From Methanobacteriota archaeon (GTDB lineage Archaea; Halobacteriota; Bog-38; Methanoflorentales; Methanoflorentaceae): a stretch of DNA of 64,000 nucleotides. Position 1 is the stretch's first letter; each line of letters opens with the position of its first letter. The translations under genes were made by a program, and so were the position numbers. The stretch spans positions 64,001 through 128,000 of the forward strand of contig CAVRAO010000002.1 in the NCBI GenBank assembly GCA_963719035.1, in the 5' to 3' direction. This document shows positions 1 to 11,014 of this stretch, piece by piece. A model generated the notes under the pieces. That model made no database searches. It worked only from the letters and a program-made list of their open reading frames with translations, and had not been told where the DNA came from.

Positions 1-489
1 GCGGGCAAACACTCCATCGATTATTTGAACGCGTTTGTGGAAAGACACTTCCCCTATGCACAGCCAGTTGAACTGCATCTAGGTGGTGTTCCGGTCAGCA
101 AACCAGCTCGTAAGACGGTGGATGATGGGCTAATGCTCGTCGGTGATGCGGCCCGCCATGTAGACCCTATTACAGGGGGAGGCATCATCAACGCGTTGGA
201 GGGTGGCAGGCTGGCTGGCGAGGTTGCAGTCCAAGCGGTTCAAGCGCAAGACCCTTCATTGAAGGTGCTAAAGCACTATGAAGCAGGTTGGCGCGCTTCT
301 TTCGGAAAAAAGCTCGAACGAAATTACAAAATCAAGGACATCTTTGTAAATCTTTCCGACGCTGAGCTAAACAAGCTCATTCGTTCGATTGAAGGCCTTC
401 CACTCGAAGAAATGAGCGTTGCTGGAATTGTTAAACGCTTGATTTCCAGCAATCCGCGACTGTTGGTGGGCCTGCGTCATCTGTTTTGA
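1..489 (+). CDS. Geranylgeranyl reductase family (DGGGPL reductase), 5'-truncated by window edge
   Basis: LVGDAARHVDPITGGGI motif and typical C-terminal helical region. Confidence 0.85.
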   Translation, partial: AGKHSIDYLNAFVERHFPYAQPVELHLGGVPVSKPARKTVDDGLMLVGDAARHVDPITGGGIINALEGGRLAGEVAVQAVQAQDPSLKVLKHYEAGWRASFGKKLERNYKIKDIFVNLSDAELNKLIRSIEGLPLEEMSVAGIVKRLISSNPRLLVGLRHLF

Positions 490-504
490 GAGGACTGACG
501 CGAC

Positions 505-1155
505 ATGAAGCTTGCCGGAGTGGATGAAGCTGGAAAAGGTGCTGTCTTGGGTTCACTCTTCGTTGCAGGGGTTTCCATCGACTCATCGGCGCTGAAGTAT
601 TTGGAGAGGATGGGGCTAAAGGATTCAAAAGTGCTAAGTCCTAAGCGCCGCGAATTTCTGTCGAAGCGCATAAAAAAAGTATGCGCTGTGCAGCTCCAAG
701 AGATTACAGCGCAGCAAATAGATGAACTGAGGGCAATCCTCACTATGAATGACATCTTGGTTAGGGGGCATGCTCAAAGTCTGCGTCGTTTAAAGCCAGA
801 TGTAGCATTTGTGGACGCTGCTGATGTTGATGCATCGCGATTCTCTCGGCGCGTGATGGAAGAGAGTGGGGTAGATGACGTAATCGCTGAGCACAAAGCA
901 GACTCAAATCACGCGATAGTGTCAGCTGCGTCAATTATTGCGAAAGTCAGTAGAGATGCCAGCATACAAACTCTCGAATCTTCACTTGGCGTTGACATCG
1001 GTAGTGGTTATCCATCAGATGCGAGGACAATTACTTTTTTGAAAAAGTGGTTGGACGAACGAGGCGACTTCCCACCGGGCACGAGACGTTCGTGGAAAAC
1101 GGCGCAAGATTTGCTTGCTGCCACGCTCAAAAAGGGTCAAAGCGACACTGAATAA
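505..1155 (+). CDS. rnhB: Ribonuclease HII
   Basis: GVDEAGKG, DSK, SAASIIAKV, GSGYPSD motifs. Confidence 0.95.
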   Translation: MKLAGVDEAGKGAVLGSLFVAGVSIDSSALKYLERMGLKDSKVLSPKRREFLSKRIKKVCAVQLQEITAQQIDELRAILTMNDILVRGHAQSLRRLKPDVAFVDAADVDASRFSRRVMEESGVDDVIAEHKADSNHAIVSAASIIAKVSRDASIQTLESSLGVDIGSGYPSDARTITFLKKWLDERGDFPPGTRRSWKTAQDLLAATLKKGQSDTE

Positions 1156-1192
1156 GACTGGCAAGCGACCCAACTCCTGGCATGCGGGCTTG

Positions 1193-1993
1193 TTATCTTA
1201 GCTTCATCGGGACTTTTTCAAAAAAACTCTGTTCGCCGAGCACGAAAAGCGACTGTTCTTGGTCCTTATAGAAACGGATCTCATCATTTTTGTGAACGGT
1301 TTCACTATGTTGTCCATCGACGACGATTGCTGCATCCTTCTCTCTCATTTTGATGACTATCGTGCTCTTGTCATTTACGACCCACGGACGAACTGAAAGC
1401 TTATGTGGCGCGAGGGGAACGATGAGGAATGCATTTACATGCGGATCTACGATCGGACCTCCAGCGCTCATTGCGTACGCGGTTGAACCAGTTGGCGTCG
1501 CCACGATCACGCCATCTGCCCGCAATACGTCTACCTCGTGATCGTCTACCTGCACACTGTACTCAATAATTTTTGCCGGTCGAGAGGTGACGATCACTGC
1601 CTCGTTTGTCGCGGATGGTAAGCGCCTGTCATTCACTGAAATCGCTAAACGTGAATGTGTCGAGACACGGAAACCATCCAGCAGGCTCTCTACGACGCTG
1701 AGAGCCCTTTCGGGATTGACATCAGCCAAGAAGCCGACCTTGCCGACGTTTATCCCGACTATTGGAATCGGATTTGGAAGGTTTTGAAGAACGCGCAGAA
1801 TCGTACCGTCTCCCCCTACGGTCACGATAACGTCGGCGTCTAAGGCTTCAAGAGGCACCCCTTTTTGGCCTAACGCGTGCGCGGTTTCATCGTCATATAC
1901 AGTCTGCGCACGCCCTTTTAAGAAGCGGCCTATTTCAGCAGCTAAGTCTGTTGCTTCTTTGTTATCACATCTTGAGATGATTCCTATCTGCAT
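1193..1993 (-). CDS. nadK: NAD kinase
   Basis: GGDGT, NE, DG-x-IVATPTGSTAYAMSAGG motifs. Confidence 0.95.
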   Translation of the reverse strand: MQIGIISRCDNKEATDLAAEIGRFLKGRAQTVYDDETAHALGQKGVPLEALDADVIVTVGGDGTILRVLQNLPNPIPIVGINVGKVGFLADVNPERALSVVESLLDGFRVSTHSRLAISVNDRRLPSATNEAVIVTSRPAKIIEYSVQVDDHEVDVLRADGVIVATPTGSTAYAMSAGGPIVDPHVNAFLIVPLAPHKLSVRPWVVNDKSTIVIKMREKDAAIVVDGQHSETVHKNDEIRFYKDQEQSLFVLGEQSFFEKVPMKLR

Positions 1994-2099
1994 CTGTATT
2001 ACCAGACTTCGTTAGTTTTTTGAATGGAGCGCTGCCGGACGCTAGACGCTTAAATCTAATGTGTATATATTTATATTAAATGCTCGTTTATTACCCCGC

Positions 2100-2483
2100 A
2101 TGAAGGAGCAAACGGAAATAAGAACGCTTAAACAGGGTCGTTATATAATAATTGATGATGAACCTTCTACCATAGTCAATCTAGAAAAATCAAAGCCGGG
2201 CAAGCACGGATCAGCCAAGGCGCGCATAGACGCTATTGGCGTTTTCGATGGACAAAAGAGGTCGATTGTGTCACCCGTGAGTGCTAAGGTTTATGTGCCT
2301 ATTGTAGAAAGAAAAGGAGCGCAAATTCTCTCTGTTTTAGGGAACGTCGCGCAGCTCATGGATTTGAACGATTACTCAACTTTTGAGATCGAGATCCCTC
2401 AAGAACATATGGGCAAGCTCGAAGCGGGCAACGACGTTACGTACTTAGAATCGATGGGTAAGCGCAAATTGGATATCAAATAG
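2100..2483 (+). CDS. eif5a: Translation factor aIF-5A
   Basis: KPGKHGSAK hypusination motif; start moved to ATG 2100. Confidence 0.97.
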   Translation: MKEQTEIRTLKQGRYIIIDDEPSTIVNLEKSKPGKHGSAKARIDAIGVFDGQKRSIVSPVSAKVYVPIVERKGAQILSVLGNVAQLMDLNDYSTFEIEIPQEHMGKLEAGNDVTYLESMGKRKLDIK

Positions 2484-2511
2484 TAAGTCCAACTTGACCT
2501 GTTGTTTCCGC

Positions 2512-3381
2512 ATGATGTTTGCTGATTCAGGCTCCGATTACGCAAGTAGTAAGTACGTAATTCACGGCATCTTATTTGACGGTACCTCATCGTTTAGAAC
2601 GGGATCTAGATGGGCGCCTGAAGCGATTCGAAAAGCTTCTTACAACTATGAGCCATATGACTTTGACTGCGATCGCGATCTTTCAGAGCCGCTGGTGCAC
2701 GACATGGGCGATTCGGAGTATGGCAATTTAAACGAAATGGTTGTAGATCTCGAAAAAACAACTTCTCGCTTAGTTGAAGACGAAAAAGTGCCAATAACGT
2801 TAGGTGGCGAGCATTCAGTTACTTTTCCCTGTATTAAGGCCTTAGCGAGAGAAATAGAGCTCGTGGCCGTCATTTTTGACGCGCATTTGGATTTTAAGGC
2901 GGAGTATCTTGGTAATGAATTTGGTCACGCGAGCGTTGCGCGGAATATCTCGCATCTTGGAGTACCGCTGATTCAAGTCGGAATCCGAAGTGGAGCTCGC
3001 GATGAGTATAAGCACGCGTTAGGTACGAGCGCTATTTATACGATGGAACAGGTTAGGCGCGATGGAATCAAAGAGATCTTGAGAGATATTGAATCTTCAA
3101 TTGGGGGAAAGCTTATCTATCTCTCGATTGACATGGACGCTATAGATCCTGCTTTTGCACCTGGCGTGGGAAATCCGGAGCCCTACGGGTTGACGCCATT
3201 GGAACTGCGAACATCAATTAGGAGGTTGGCACCTTATGTGTCCGGCTTCGATTTAGTCGAAATCACACCTGACTATGACATGGGAATGTCAGCTATGGTC
3301 GGCGCGAAACTCGTTCGCGATTTCTTGTTTGCTCATTCAAGCGTTGTGACTAAAGCGACGATTAAGGAGATTGTTCAGTGA
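2512..3381 (+). CDS. speB: Agmatinase (ureohydrolase)
   Basis: GGEHS, DAHLD, SIDMDAIDP motifs. Confidence 0.9.
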   Translation: MMFADSGSDYASSKYVIHGILFDGTSSFRTGSRWAPEAIRKASYNYEPYDFDCDRDLSEPLVHDMGDSEYGNLNEMVVDLEKTTSRLVEDEKVPITLGGEHSVTFPCIKALAREIELVAVIFDAHLDFKAEYLGNEFGHASVARNISHLGVPLIQVGIRSGARDEYKHALGTSAIYTMEQVRRDGIKEILRDIESSIGGKLIYLSIDMDAIDPAFAPGVGNPEPYGLTPLELRTSIRRLAPYVSGFDLVEITPDYDMGMSAMVGAKLVRDFLFAHSSVVTKATIKEIVQ

Positions 3382-4292
3382 ACCCGGTTAAACACGCTAA
3401 GGTCCGAAAAGATATCACGGTCGCTGCGCTCATCCAGCAGTACGAAAACTGTGCTTTTGGAGCTGGACGCTTAGCAAAAGCCGTCAAGATTTACAAAGAA
3501 ATGCAAGCTGAAGACGTTACGAGCTTTTTTGGTCTTGCCGGCGCTATGGTCCCTGCTGGAATGCGGCAGGTCGTTGTTGACATGATAAAGCGCCGTGATA
3601 TTGACGTGCTAGTAACGACTGGAGCTAATTTGGTACATGATATGATCGAAGCGTTCGGCGGTGAGCATTGTCAAGGCCAATGCAGCGTAAACGATATCGA
3701 GCTAAAGAACTCCAAAATTGATAGAATTTACGACGTCTATCTGGCTGACGAACATTTCACGACGTTTGAAAACAGGTTTGATGCGATAGTTACCGATATT
3801 CTTGATTCAAGCTCACGAAAACAGTTTACTATTAAGGAGTTCTTGCAGGAGATTGGGTCTCGCATTATGGACAAAAACTCCATTTTGCGAGCCGCTGTAG
3901 ACAACGAGGTCCCTGTTTTTTGTCCTGCGATTGCTGATTCTTCTATTGGACTCCAGAGCTGGATGTTCGGGTATAAACGTGATCTTCACGTTGATACATT
4001 CAAGGATATTCGACAAATCATGGACATCTGCTACAAAGCAAGACGATCTGGAGCGCTTTTTATAGGCGGGGGCGTCCCAAAGAATTTTATCATGCAATCC
4101 ATGCTTCTTATCCCGAAAGGGCTTGACTTTGCCATCCAACTAACCATGGACACCCCTGAGACGGGGGGCCTGTCCGGCGCAACTTTGGACGAAGCGAAAT
4201 CGTGGGGGAAAGTTGGGGAACACGCAGAGACTGTGACAGTGTATTCAGACGCGACTATCACGCTTCCAATCCTAGTTGCTTCTTCGTTATAA
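3378..4292 (+). CDS. dys: Deoxyhypusine synthase
   Basis: GGGVPKNF and LSGATLDEAKSWGK motifs. Confidence 0.95.
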   Translation: MNPVKHAKVRKDITVAALIQQYENCAFGAGRLAKAVKIYKEMQAEDVTSFFGLAGAMVPAGMRQVVVDMIKRRDIDVLVTTGANLVHDMIEAFGGEHCQGQCSVNDIELKNSKIDRIYDVYLADEHFTTFENRFDAIVTDILDSSSRKQFTIKEFLQEIGSRIMDKNSILRAAVDNEVPVFCPAIADSSIGLQSWMFGYKRDLHVDTFKDIRQIMDICYKARRSGALFIGGGVPKNFIMQSMLLIPKGLDFAIQLTMDTPETGGLSGATLDEAKSWGKVGEHAETVTVYSDATITLPILVASSL

Positions 4293-4318
4293 ACAGCAAG
4301 CTTGTGACTCTACAAGCG

Positions 4319-4981
4319 TTAAAAGCGCCTACCTGATACGCGATCTAGGTCAAAGCTCGCTGTTTTCGCAATGGCCATCACCGCAAAGGTCCCAGCCTGA
4401 ACTGGATCGGTGACCACCAGGTCCGCCACGTCTGGCACGGAGCCTGCCATATTAAGAGCTATAACCTTAAAGCCCTCATTTTGCAGCTTCGTGACCTCGT
4501 GAGCGATTTTTCCCCCCATGAGAGAACCTGCCAGCACCAAAATACTTGCTCGATGTGTTCTGGACACCGCATTTACCGCTTTCGCAATGTTATTTTCGTC
4601 TACCATAGGCAAAGTGTCTATGCTAATCCGCTCTCCTCTAATATTGTGCCTATCAGCTTCTGTAATTGCTCCGAGTGCTACTTGCGCTACCTGAGCGCCC
4701 CCACCTATTATGATAATCCTAGAGCCCCAAATCTTTTCGAATGGTTGGTGAAACGAAACGCTCTCAACGTCAGTAATAGCTTTGAGCTTTTCTGCTAATT
4801 TTCGCCCACTAGGCACATTCTCAATTTCCATGTAGATTGAAGCTAAGCCTTTATGCTTGCCTTTCGAAAGAATAAACTGCTGTGTGTATTTTATATTTCC
4901 CTCAAAATGCGCAACTACAGCTGCAACATCTCTTAGAACGCCAGGTTTGTCTTGGCATATCACATTTATCGCGGTTAACAT
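4319..4981 (-). CDS. ACT-domain protein (DUF5612-like)
   Basis: N-terminal ACT (DKPGVLRDV); conserved GGGAQVAQVALGA..EADRHNIRGERISIDT domain. Confidence 0.8.
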   Translation of the reverse strand: MLTAINVICQDKPGVLRDVAAVVAHFEGNIKYTQQFILSKGKHKGLASIYMEIENVPSGRKLAEKLKAITDVESVSFHQPFEKIWGSRIIIIGGGAQVAQVALGAITEADRHNIRGERISIDTLPMVDENNIAKAVNAVSRTHRASILVLAGSLMGGKIAHEVTKLQNEGFKVIALNMAGSVPDVADLVVTDPVQAGTFAVMAIAKTASFDLDRVSGRRF

Positions 4982-5003
4982 TTCTATCTCTCTTTAGCTC
5001 CGA

Positions 5004-6026
5004 TTAGCGGCTAGTAGCCCGATGCGGGTTATATATTATTCCTTCTTCTGTAATTATGGCTGTAACTAACTCCTTAGGAGTCACATCAAATGCTGGGTTT
5101 TCAACATGTGCCGAGCGAGGGGCGATTTGTTTTCCACGGCAAAACCTTAATTCATTAGCGTCGCGCTCCTCAATTTTGACAACTGAACTTTCGTGATCAA
5201 AGGTTGCTAAAGGAGCAGCAACATAGAAAGGTACATCGTGAGTTTTGGCGCAAATCGCTAGCATATACGTTCCTACTTTGTTGTAGACTGAAGTTTGAGT
5301 AATCCTATCCGCCCCCACTATCACGTTGTCTATTTTTCCCTGTTTCATTATCGAAGCAGCCATGTTGTCAGCAATTAATGTTGTGGGGATATTGTCCTCT
5401 AACAATTCAAAGACTGTGAGGCGGCTTCCTTGATTGAGCGGTCTAGTTTCGCACGCATATACGGCGATCCGCTTCCCCTCTTGTATTGCAGAGCGCACGA
5501 TCCCTAACGCCGTTCCCCAACCGACCGTAGCAAGCCTTCCCGCGTTGCAGTACGTCATTACGACGTCACCGTCTTTGAGCAACGATGCACCGATATTACC
5601 TAAGGCCTTGTTTGCTATCACGTCTTCTTCGGCTACGCGGAGCGCCTCATTGAGCGCTACTTCTCGGACTTCGTCAACCGTGATACAGGGCTCAATAGCT
5701 TTTAGAACGCGATCAACCCCGAAAAACAGATTGATGGCAGTCGGTCGTGTTTCTATGATTGACTTTGCTGCCAGGCGCAAATGCGCTTTTAACTTGACAA
5801 TGTTGCGGTTTTTATTCGATTGTGCGGCAAGAGCAACGCCATAAGCACCGGCTGCCCCTAGAGCGGGCGCTCCGCGCACTTTCAATGTTTTTATCGCGTT
5901 GATGAGCTGATTTAATGTCGTTATTCTCACGAGTTGATACGTGACAGGAAGTTTAGTCTGATCGACTAATACAATGGCGTCGGAGTCCCAGAAAATCGTC
6001 AGTTTTTCATCAAACTGCTGGTCCAT
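5004..6026 (-). CDS. mtnA: Methylthioribose-1-phosphate isomerase (eIF-2B alpha-like family)
   Basis: VRGAPA, RPTAINL, CNAG.LAT, ETRP..QG, NKVGTY motifs. Confidence 0.9.
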   Translation of the reverse strand: MDQQFDEKLTIFWDSDAIVLVDQTKLPVTYQLVRITTLNQLINAIKTLKVRGAPALGAAGAYGVALAAQSNKNRNIVKLKAHLRLAAKSIIETRPTAINLFFGVDRVLKAIEPCITVDEVREVALNEALRVAEEDVIANKALGNIGASLLKDGDVVMTYCNAGRLATVGWGTALGIVRSAIQEGKRIAVYACETRPLNQGSRLTVFELLEDNIPTTLIADNMAASIMKQGKIDNVIVGADRITQTSVYNKVGTYMLAICAKTHDVPFYVAAPLATFDHESSVVKIEERDANELRFCRGKQIAPRSAHVENPAFDVTPKELVTAIITEEGIIYNPHRATSR

Positions 6027-6266
6027 ATACTCAACTGGAAATTGAAGTTTAGAAGCTTAACGGTAGAAGTCAGTAAAAGCAAATTGGGCTTAGTTACTCG
6101 AGCATGTGTCTCCCTTCGCACTAACTCCCACTGATGAAGTCTTTAACCGCAATCTAGGTTCTCACAATAGTTCGTTTTAAGAGGCGTATTTCCTTTTTTT
6201 TGGACAGTATATTACCCTATAGCAACCATTAAGTAAAAGGCATCATAATTGTCTCAAGAATCGCAA

Positions 6267-6785
6267 ATGCTTACAGATGATCTTATCCGGGCAACGTTTT
6301 CATCAGATGAGGAGCTAAAGAGCACTCTTTTGCACTCAATTAAAGAACTTGGATTTTCGGTGACTAAGTTTGCTGAGATATCCGGGGTCTCTTCAAGCAC
6401 ACTTTACAAAATCATTTCAGGGGAACGCGAACCAAACCTTAAGACACTTAGAGAGATCCTTAAAGCGATTCGACGGCTGGAAGGAGCCTCCAAGAAAGGG
6501 GACCTCATTGCTGTCGTAGCAGCAAGGCCTGTGCTGGACAAGATAACAGAAAGGTCAATGGTGATAGAGGGAAAAGAGATCCTGATTCGAGAGTATCCTG
6601 CAACCTCTATTGAAGAAGCTCTGATTGCAGCCATCCATGCTGAACGAGATGGGGCGCTCGCGCTTGTTTGCGCTCCGATCGTCAGCCCAACCGTCGAGAA
6701 GATCTTGCGCATCCCGGTCGCGTCGATTATGCCGCAAAACAGTCTCGTTGAAGCGATCAAACTTGCAGCACGCAAAATTAGTTGA
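6267..6785 (+). CDS. XRE-family HTH transcriptional regulator
   Basis: SGVSSSTLYKIISGEREPN HTH plus conserved VCAPI C-terminal domain. Confidence 0.8.
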   Translation: MLTDDLIRATFSSDEELKSTLLHSIKELGFSVTKFAEISGVSSSTLYKIISGEREPNLKTLREILKAIRRLEGASKKGDLIAVVAARPVLDKITERSMVIEGKEILIREYPATSIEEALIAAIHAERDGALALVCAPIVSPTVEKILRIPVASIMPQNSLVEAIKLAARKIS

Positions 6786-7011
6786 CAAAGAACGTGCGAA
6801 ATATAGCGCTGACCATGTGTTTCCGGGAACTAACATAGAAAAGGTGACCGTATGTCCGAGTAGAACCGGTCTGCATCTCTCTCAATTCTAGGGTGTCATC
6901 AAACAATTGAAAGCAGCGACAAGAAATCTTATTTTGACTCATTGCGTATTTTCTTGCAGGAGTTTTAACTATCAGAAAAGAAACGGATAACTACCGCACG
7001 TCTGATCTGAC

Positions 7012-8397
<1,386 letters not shown>

Positions 8398-8486
8398 ATT
8401 GATGCACGATACTCTTATAGTTTGTTGAGCGAGTTTTTCATCTCCTATAATCTGGGCGTACGCTTTGAATTTCTCAAAAAATATAT

Positions 8487-9542
8487 TTACAACTGTTTAA
8501 TGACCGTTTCTACTTCTTGTCTATAGGCATCTTGATTGAACCCGGCAATGCACGTTAAGGCCATAGCTCCGCCAGCCCCTACACCTTCTTTGACTTCTCC
8601 TTCTTCATATTTCTGCAGTGCGCTAATCGAGCTTTTTGAGAAATCTGGGTAAGCGCTGAATGCATCGATTTCCAACGCTTCAATCAACTCAATCAACCGC
8701 GCTGACGTGTCGTCAAAGACATATTTTGTCGTTGCTAAAACGAGATCGTCGCTAAGGTTGAGCTCCTTTAGGACAGCAGCAATAGTGCCCATTTGGGTTC
8801 CGCCGGCTAAAACAACATCTTTCCCGCTATTTAGGAAGCCTTCGGTCAGCCCAACAACACAAGGCATCATGGGGTCACCAAATAGCTTGATTGCCCGCAT
8901 TGGATCGGCCTGTAAGCTTCCTGGACTGATTGATGCTCCTTGCATAGCTGTTCTGACGACTTTTTCCTTTAAGGCCGTAGGATTTGCGGCAAAGCTGCTG
9001 CTAACGTTTGCGCTGTAGCCGAGTGCTCTTAGCACACACAATGCAGTGGTCGTTCCTCCAGGAATCGTCTCTCCTATCACTGCCAAATCGCATTCGCAAC
9101 ATCCTGCAAGCTTGCGGGAAGCGTCGCGGATTGTGCTGGCGTCAGGAACGCCAGGTCGAAAACGGATGTCATAGCCGTGTTTTGCACGAAGGTCATAGTA
9201 GGGCACGCCTGGGATGATCTGCAAACCTGAATTAATCAAGAGATGTGCGGATTGCGAAAGATTTAGGCCCGCACGCGTAAGAACGGCCGGAGTAGCAGCA
9301 CCAGAGGGCGCATCAGACATAACCCCGATCGTCTTTAACTTTCCGTAGGAGACGATTTCTGCGTCGGCGGCAGGCGTATGTTGAACGTACTTCTGGATGC
9401 TTCCTGCCCCTGAAATGCCAGTTACGGTCGCGATCTCCGAGTTGGAAAGAACTAGCAAAAAAAGTGGACGCTCTGTGCTGCCAAATCTCTTTCTGATATT
9501 TGATGATTCGCCTGAATAGTTTCGGCAGTTCGTTACCCACAT
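8487..9542 (-). CDS. cobT: Archaeal CobT, nicotinate mononucleotide-dependent phosphoribosyltransferase
   Basis: GETIPGGTTTA, LAGGTQM, VKEGVGAGG motifs. Confidence 0.88.
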   Translation of the reverse strand: MWVTNCRNYSGESSNIRKRFGSTERPLFLLVLSNSEIATVTGISGAGSIQKYVQHTPAADAEIVSYGKLKTIGVMSDAPSGAATPAVLTRAGLNLSQSAHLLINSGLQIIPGVPYYDLRAKHGYDIRFRPGVPDASTIRDASRKLAGCCECDLAVIGETIPGGTTTALCVLRALGYSANVSSSFAANPTALKEKVVRTAMQGASISPGSLQADPMRAIKLFGDPMMPCVVGLTEGFLNSGKDVVLAGGTQMGTIAAVLKELNLSDDLVLATTKYVFDDTSARLIELIEALEIDAFSAYPDFSKSSISALQKYEEGEVKEGVGAGGAMALTCIAGFNQDAYRQEVETVIKQL

Positions 9543-9544
9543 GA

Positions 9545-10861
9545 CTAGCGACGCACTTCGCGGTTTGTTGCATCCGCACCTGTTGCGCTCTTTTGTTCGA
9601 GCCGAGGGAGCGTATAAGCGCCAAATGGCATCACTATGATTCGCGCGTTTGGCCCGTGCTTTTTGAGCGTTGCTTGAAGGGCTTCTTCTAAATTTCGAGA
9701 GCAGAGTAAGAATGCTCGCTCGACAATTTCCTTTTGAAGCTCTGAGACAAGGTAGATGTCTGCTTTTTGAGTGAGTTTCGCTAAAATTCCGGCTTTGTGT
9801 CCGCCAATTTCGAAAGCATAGTCGAGCCGATCAACAAGCTCCTGCTTGTCTTGTGCTTCGTGAATCCAACGCTCAAATACCTTTTCTCCTAGTCCTTCTG
9901 GACATTCAGCTGCTAAAACGATGGCGCCTCCGTCTTTGAGCGCGTGTTTCGCATTATCGAGCGCTTTTTGTGCTTGAAAGAGGTTAATATCCTTCGGTGA
10001 GCCTCCTGCTGATGCCAGAACAACGTCTGCGAGCTCTGGTATTGGTACTATATACATAGAATCGACGACTTTTACCCCTTCGCGGTGCGCTCGAATCGGA
10101 TCACCTGCGACAGCTTTAACGATTTGTTTTTGTGCGTTAAGCACGACGTTCACGATAAAATCGCATCCAATTAGTTGGCCTGCGTCTTCGAGATCCTCTC
10201 TCACGGGGCTGTCCAGCCTTCCTGCTTCAGCGTTTGGCTGAAGCATCAGTTTATGATTCGATTCAATCGTCTCGCGCGCACAAACGCCCGGTAGCAATGA
10301 CTTATATCCACCGCTGTATCCAGCAAAATAATGGAGCTCAACCGTGCCGAGGCAAACTCGCACGTTAGAGCTGAGGACTACTTTGTTTGCATAAACTCGT
10401 GTCCCTCTTGGCGTTGTGCCGACAAAAACGCAGTTATTGCCGTCGTGGTTGATGCACCGGTAGCGATCAAAAACATCATCACCCACGAGTTCTTTCATCT
10501 CTGACTTTGAAAGAGGCCGGTGAATTCCGAGAGCAAACAATATCGTTATCTGGCTGTCAGGAATCTCTGCTTTCCGCAATTCGTTAAGAACGTGCGGCAG
10601 CAGCTTTTTGGTTGGGGTCGGTCTGGTTACGTCGCTCGCTATGATGACTACGCGCAAATCCTTTTTTGAGCCTTTCCGTTCTGACGCGATTTCGTAGAGC
10701 GTGGGAGTTCCAATTGGATCATTCAAAGCGCCAGCGATTTCGCTTTCCTCATCCAATACTTCGATTTCGAGTGGTTCTATAACCTGAATTAGGTTATTCG
10801 TGTCGAGAGTAACTGAGGTTTTACCCTTTCCATAATTGAGAGTGACTTGCGATTTCCCCAT
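9545..10861 (-). CDS. larA: LarA-family nickel-pincer 2-hydroxy-acid racemase/epimerase
   Basis: SDVTRP, ALGIHR, HYFAGYSGGYK, SNH motifs carry the LarA catalytic and cofactor residues. Confidence 0.88.
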   Translation of the reverse strand: MGKSQVTLNYGKGKTSVTLDTNNLIQVIEPLEIEVLDEESEIAGALNDPIGTPTLYEIASERKGSKKDLRVVIIASDVTRPTPTKKLLPHVLNELRKAEIPDSQITILFALGIHRPLSKSEMKELVGDDVFDRYRCINHDGNNCVFVGTTPRGTRVYANKVVLSSNVRVCLGTVELHYFAGYSGGYKSLLPGVCARETIESNHKLMLQPNAEAGRLDSPVREDLEDAGQLIGCDFIVNVVLNAQKQIVKAVAGDPIRAHREGVKVVDSMYIVPIPELADVVLASAGGSPKDINLFQAQKALDNAKHALKDGGAIVLAAECPEGLGEKVFERWIHEAQDKQELVDRLDYAFEIGGHKAGILAKLTQKADIYLVSELQKEIVERAFLLCSRNLEEALQATLKKHGPNARIIVMPFGAYTLPRLEQKSATGADATNREVRR

Positions 10862-11014
10862 CAAGGACTCTTTCGTCTTTTTTAGTATATCAATATTCAA
10901 TAGGTACGAAGCGGACCGGTGAATGGTGCGGAACTAGGTTCATATAGAATTGTTACTATAATAAGAATCTGGGATACGTTAGAGTCCATTAAAAACGAGT
11001 GGAGGGGCCTAAAG

